64,000 nt of DNA from Eledone cirrhosa (Eukaryota), in NCBI GenBank assembly GCA_964016885.1, contig OZ024740.1, positions 308,574,001 through 308,638,000 of the forward strand, in the 5' to 3' direction. Positions 63,961 to 64,000 of this stretch are shown piece after piece (the first letter of the stretch is position 1; each line of letters opens with the position of its first letter). The notes under the pieces were generated by a model that had not been told where the DNA came from, made no database searches, and saw only the letters and a list, made by a program, of their open reading frames with translations. Both the position numbers and the translations under genes were made by a program.

Positions 63961-64000
63961 ACCACAAAAGCAATTGTAGTAACAACATATCAATAACTGT

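Overview
AT-rich eukaryotic DNA dense in microsatellites and retroposons. The repeat repertoire (tRNA-derived SINEs with ATT, GAT and CAA tails, RTE/CR1/R4/CRE/L1-type LINE remnants, TTAA and TA MITEs) resembles a coleoid cephalopod (octopus-like) genome; this assignment is inferred from recognition, not from a search. The only host coding sequence I can support is one 73-nt internal exon at 39882-39954 (+), which the ORF track misses. It encodes SLDYDRSGLTKMKKSIKALYNSGS, matching the N-terminal BAR region of ASAP-family ArfGAPs, so the window is probably two very large introns of an ASAP gene. Nearly all listed ORFs are microsatellite translations or LINE fragments. The most interesting non-obvious structures are: minimal type-I hammerhead-like motifs (36233-36322 +, 38030-38082 -, a fossil at 13002-13034); a young CpG-rich segment with a 608-bp period next to a (TA)n tract; short (TA)n-embedded elements with long perfect hairpins; SINE insertions ending in fold-back inversions; self-targeting SINE arrays; an inverted same-subfamily SINE pair bracketing the exon; and a three-level nested transposon. 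Repeat boundaries were read by eye and are approximate (about +/-10 bp, more for old copies).
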